Part shown: piece by piece, positions 61,425 through 64,000 of the stretch
Layout: the number at the start of each line of letters is the position of its first letter
Position numbering within the stretch: the first letter of the stretch is position 1
Virus record (IMG/VR): IMGVR_UViG_3300032334_001488
Location: 2,502 to 66,501 of that record
Length of the DNA: 64,000 bases
Direction: 5' to 3' (one strand)
Origin: a virus
The notes under the pieces: model-generated
Database searches by the model: none
Seen by the model: only the letters and a program-made list of their open reading frames with translations
What the model was told of the DNA's origin: nothing
Translations under genes and position numbers: made by a program

Positions 61425-61474
61425 CCCTAAGCACAACCATTTATAATAACTGAATAGGTTCATGTTTTTTATAA

Positions 61475-64000
61475 GTGGCTAACAGGCGCATATCTGAGCT
61501 CCAAGAACTTGCAGGTCTTGACTTAGCAGATCAGGACCTGTTTACGGTTGTTCATGTAGGTGAAGTTGACCCAACACTAAAAAATAGAAAATTAACCATA
61601 TCGGGTACAAAACAATATCTCAATACGTATTATCTACCCCGCACTGGTGGAACCATTAGCGGTGCAATTATTGTTCAAGGGAACCTCACGGTTTCCGGTA
61701 GCACAGATTTTTCGACAGCTACATTTACTGGCGCAGTTACCGTTGGCTCCCTTATTGCTCAAAGCGGGGCAACTGTTAGCGGCACAATTAGTGGTGTTAC
61801 TGTTACTGGTTCCGCTATTCAAGGTACTAACGTCAATGGTGTCTTGGGTAATTTTACAACATTAACCGGGGGTGAATTAAATTTTACTACTGGCAATTTT
61901 CTTCAAAGAATTAGTGGCGTAACAATTACTGGTGCGTCAGGCGCCTTTACTACTTTTACTGGTCAAACCATTACAGGCACTACGGTAAACGTTAGTTCGA
62001 TTACCGGTGACGCAGCAAAATTTACCACGCTTACCGGAAATACTGCAGGTTTTACTTCTATTACTGGAGCAACTGTAACGGGTACCAGTGGTAATTTTGT
62101 CAGTGGTGTATTTACTTCTCGTATCTCAGGCTTAACAATTACTGGTGTATCTGGTGCATTTACTTCTCTTACTGGTGTTACGGTAACGGGCACTACAGCC
62201 AATTTTGCAACTGGCACTTTTAGTACTAGTGTATCGGGCGTAACCGTTACTGGAGCAAGCGGTCAATTTACAACAGTCACTGGTGTTTCCGGTGGGTTTA
62301 CCGTAATCACAGGTGCAACTGTTACTGGGACAATTGCTAATTTTGTTACGTTATCAGGAACAACAATTACAGGTAATGCTGGCCAATTTACAACACTTAC
62401 TGGCGGTAATGCAAACTTTACAAATGTTACCGGAGTTCTTCTCAGTGGAGTAACGGTTAGAGCTGCTACTGGCGTTTTTTCAAACCTTCAGTTTTCAAGT
62501 GCTACTGTCTCAGGTGATTTAACTGTTCTAGGTACCGGATATTTTCAATCAGGAGTTAGCGTAACCGGAACAATTAGCGGTATAACTGTTACTGGAACAA
62601 ATGGACAATTTACAACTGTCACAGGTGTTTCAGGGGCTTTTACTGTTATTACAGGTGCAACAGTAACTGGTACCACGGCTAATTTTACAACCGGTAATTT
62701 TAGTACATTGCTGTCAGGTGTAACAGTTGTTGCAACTACTGGCAACTATACATCGTTAACAGGCACTACAACTACTGGTACCACTGCTAATTTTGTAACA
62801 TATAACGGTGCGTCGGGTGTATTTACTACGTTTTTATCTGGAACAACAATTACTGGCACCACTGTAATTGCAACTACAGGTAACTATACATCTTTGACGG
62901 GCACTACAACTACCGGTACTACCTCTAATTTTACAACTGTTAATGGTGTATCAGGCGTATTTACTACATTTTTATCAGGAGGAACAGTCACTGGTAGTGT
63001 CGGTCAGTTTTCTGATATTACAGGAGTACGTGCAGGTTTTGGTACGGTAACAGGCGTTACGGTTACTGGTACTACAGCTAATTTTGTAACTCTTTCAGGT
63101 ACAACAGTTACTGGTCAAACAGCAAACTTTACGTCAGGTGTGTTTGCATCAGGTACTGCAGGAGCTCCTTCTGTTTCTGTTGGTACCACAAGTAATGGTT
63201 TTTATTCTCCAGGAACAAATCAACTGGCTATTAGCACTAGCGGTACCGGGCGACTGTATGTAGATGCAAGCGGCAAAGTTGGGATTGGTACTTCAAGCCC
63301 AGCCGCAAAACTTGATGTTGTAGGAAGTCTTGGTTCTACAGACAAAGTAGTATCTATTACTGCAGCTGGCACAGGTGGAGGTAATGCAGTTGCCGGGTAT
63401 GGCCATTATATTTCTTGTGGGGCAGCAAATAACAATACTTCGTTTACTGCTTTGTATTCCGAAGTAAGCTACCAACAGCAAACAAGTTACGCGGCTTATT
63501 TTAAGAATCCAGGAAATAGTTACGTTGCTTCCTATGGAATGTATGCGCAAAACACGCAGCCAGATGTCAACGCTCCTGGTGTAGCGTATGCTGGATACTT
63601 TAATGCTACTGCGGGTGGCACCGGTGTCCTTGGCACTACATATGGATTGTACGTAAATAATGCAGCTACTATTGGAGGTGCTGCATACGGCTTGTATGTT
63701 AATAGTGCCACAGGAGCTACATCTACTGTTCCGTTTTCAGTTGCAGTTAGTGGAAGCGAAAAACTGCGTTTGGACAGCAGCGGGCGCTTAGGGATTGGCA
63801 CTAGCAGCCCCAGCGAAAGATTAAGCGTTGCAGGTAATATATGCATTCCTTACACTACATCTGGGTCAATATCTGCTGGTGATCCAGTTATTTCTCAATT
63901 AGCAGCAAATACCGTTGTGGGAACAGTAACCACAAATACAGCGGGTCAAACTTTTGCATTTACTACTTATTTCGACGCTTCTCAAATTGCGTTAAGAGCA
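61475..64000 (+). CDS. Long tail fibre protein, 3'-truncated by window edge
   Basis: GTG start MANRRISELQELAG..., preceded by TATAAT; extensive SG.T(V/I)TG..G.F repeats; GKVGIGTSSP and LGIGTSSP fibre motifs; absent from the ORF track because there is no stop in the window. Confidence 0.85.
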   Translation, partial: MANRRISELQELAGLDLADQDLFTVVHVGEVDPTLKNRKLTISGTKQYLNTYYLPRTGGTISGAIIVQGNLTVSGSTDFSTATFTGAVTVGSLIAQSGATVSGTISGVTVTGSAIQGTNVNGVLGNFTTLTGGELNFTTGNFLQRISGVTITGASGAFTTFTGQTITGTTVNVSSITGDAAKFTTLTGNTAGFTSITGATVTGTSGNFVSGVFTSRISGLTITGVSGAFTSLTGVTVTGTTANFATGTFSTSVSGVTVTGASGQFTTVTGVSGGFTVITGATVTGTIANFVTLSGTTITGNAGQFTTLTGGNANFTNVTGVLLSGVTVRAATGVFSNLQFSSATVSGDLTVLGTGYFQSGVSVTGTISGITVTGTNGQFTTVTGVSGAFTVITGATVTGTTANFTTGNFSTLLSGVTVVATTGNYTSLTGTTTTGTTANFVTYNGASGVFTTFLSGTTITGTTVIATTGNYTSLTGTTTTGTTSNFTTVNGVSGVFTTFLSGGTVTGSVGQFSDITGVRAGFGTVTGVTVTGTTANFVTLSGTTVTGQTANFTSGVFASGTAGAPSVSVGTTSNGFYSPGTNQLAISTSGTGRLYVDASGKVGIGTSSPAAKLDVVGSLGSTDKVVSITAAGTGGGNAVAGYGHYISCGAANNNTSFTALYSEVSYQQQTSYAAYFKNPGNSYVASYGMYAQNTQPDVNAPGVAYAGYFNATAGGTGVLGTTYGLYVNNAATIGGAAYGLYVNSATGATSTVPFSVAVSGSEKLRLDSSGRLGIGTSSPSERLSVAGNICIPYTTSGSISAGDPVISQLAANTVVGTVTTNTAGQTFAFTTYFDASQIALRA

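Noticed and set aside
61780-63150. Thr-rich TxT repeats as an ice-binding protein
   Set aside because: The repeats fit ordinary trimeric beta-helical fibre shafts; no regular ice-binding array can be shown by eye
61634-63846. Short ORFs called across the tail fibre region
   Set aside because: Shadows of the single long plus-strand fibre ORF starting at 61475

Overview
This is 64 kb of a tailed dsDNA phage genome, most likely a lytic (freshwater) cyanophage. Support: two NblA-like genes, a T7-type family A DNA polymerase with Tyr at the 762 position, thyX, dcd, a terminase/portal/scaffold/N4-gp56-like capsid block and tail fibres. No integrase, tRNA or CRISPR array was seen. A minus-strand early/replication arm (~1.8-24.6 kb) diverges from a plus-strand virion arm (~25.2-57 kb and 61.5-64 kb). 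The most striking unexplained signal is non-coding. The early arm is punctuated between genes by at least five families of small repeated RNA structures, most with compensatory base changes: an 8-copy H-type pseudoknot, a 3-copy SD-proximal pseudoknot, a 3-copy alternative-pairing hairpin with UNCG/GNRA loop exchange, a 2-copy pseudoknot (identical copies) and a 2-copy hairpin. There is also a single kissing-loop RNA. Other highlights: an EndoVII homing-endonuclease cassette sitting between a dead 5' thyX fragment and an intact thyX, a circularly permuted M23 peptidase, a 38-aa signal-peptide-like ORF behind a structured leader, a 587-nt portal/scaffold overlap and a Dam-like MTase lacking NPPY. 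All family assignments come from motif recognition by eye; no database search was run.
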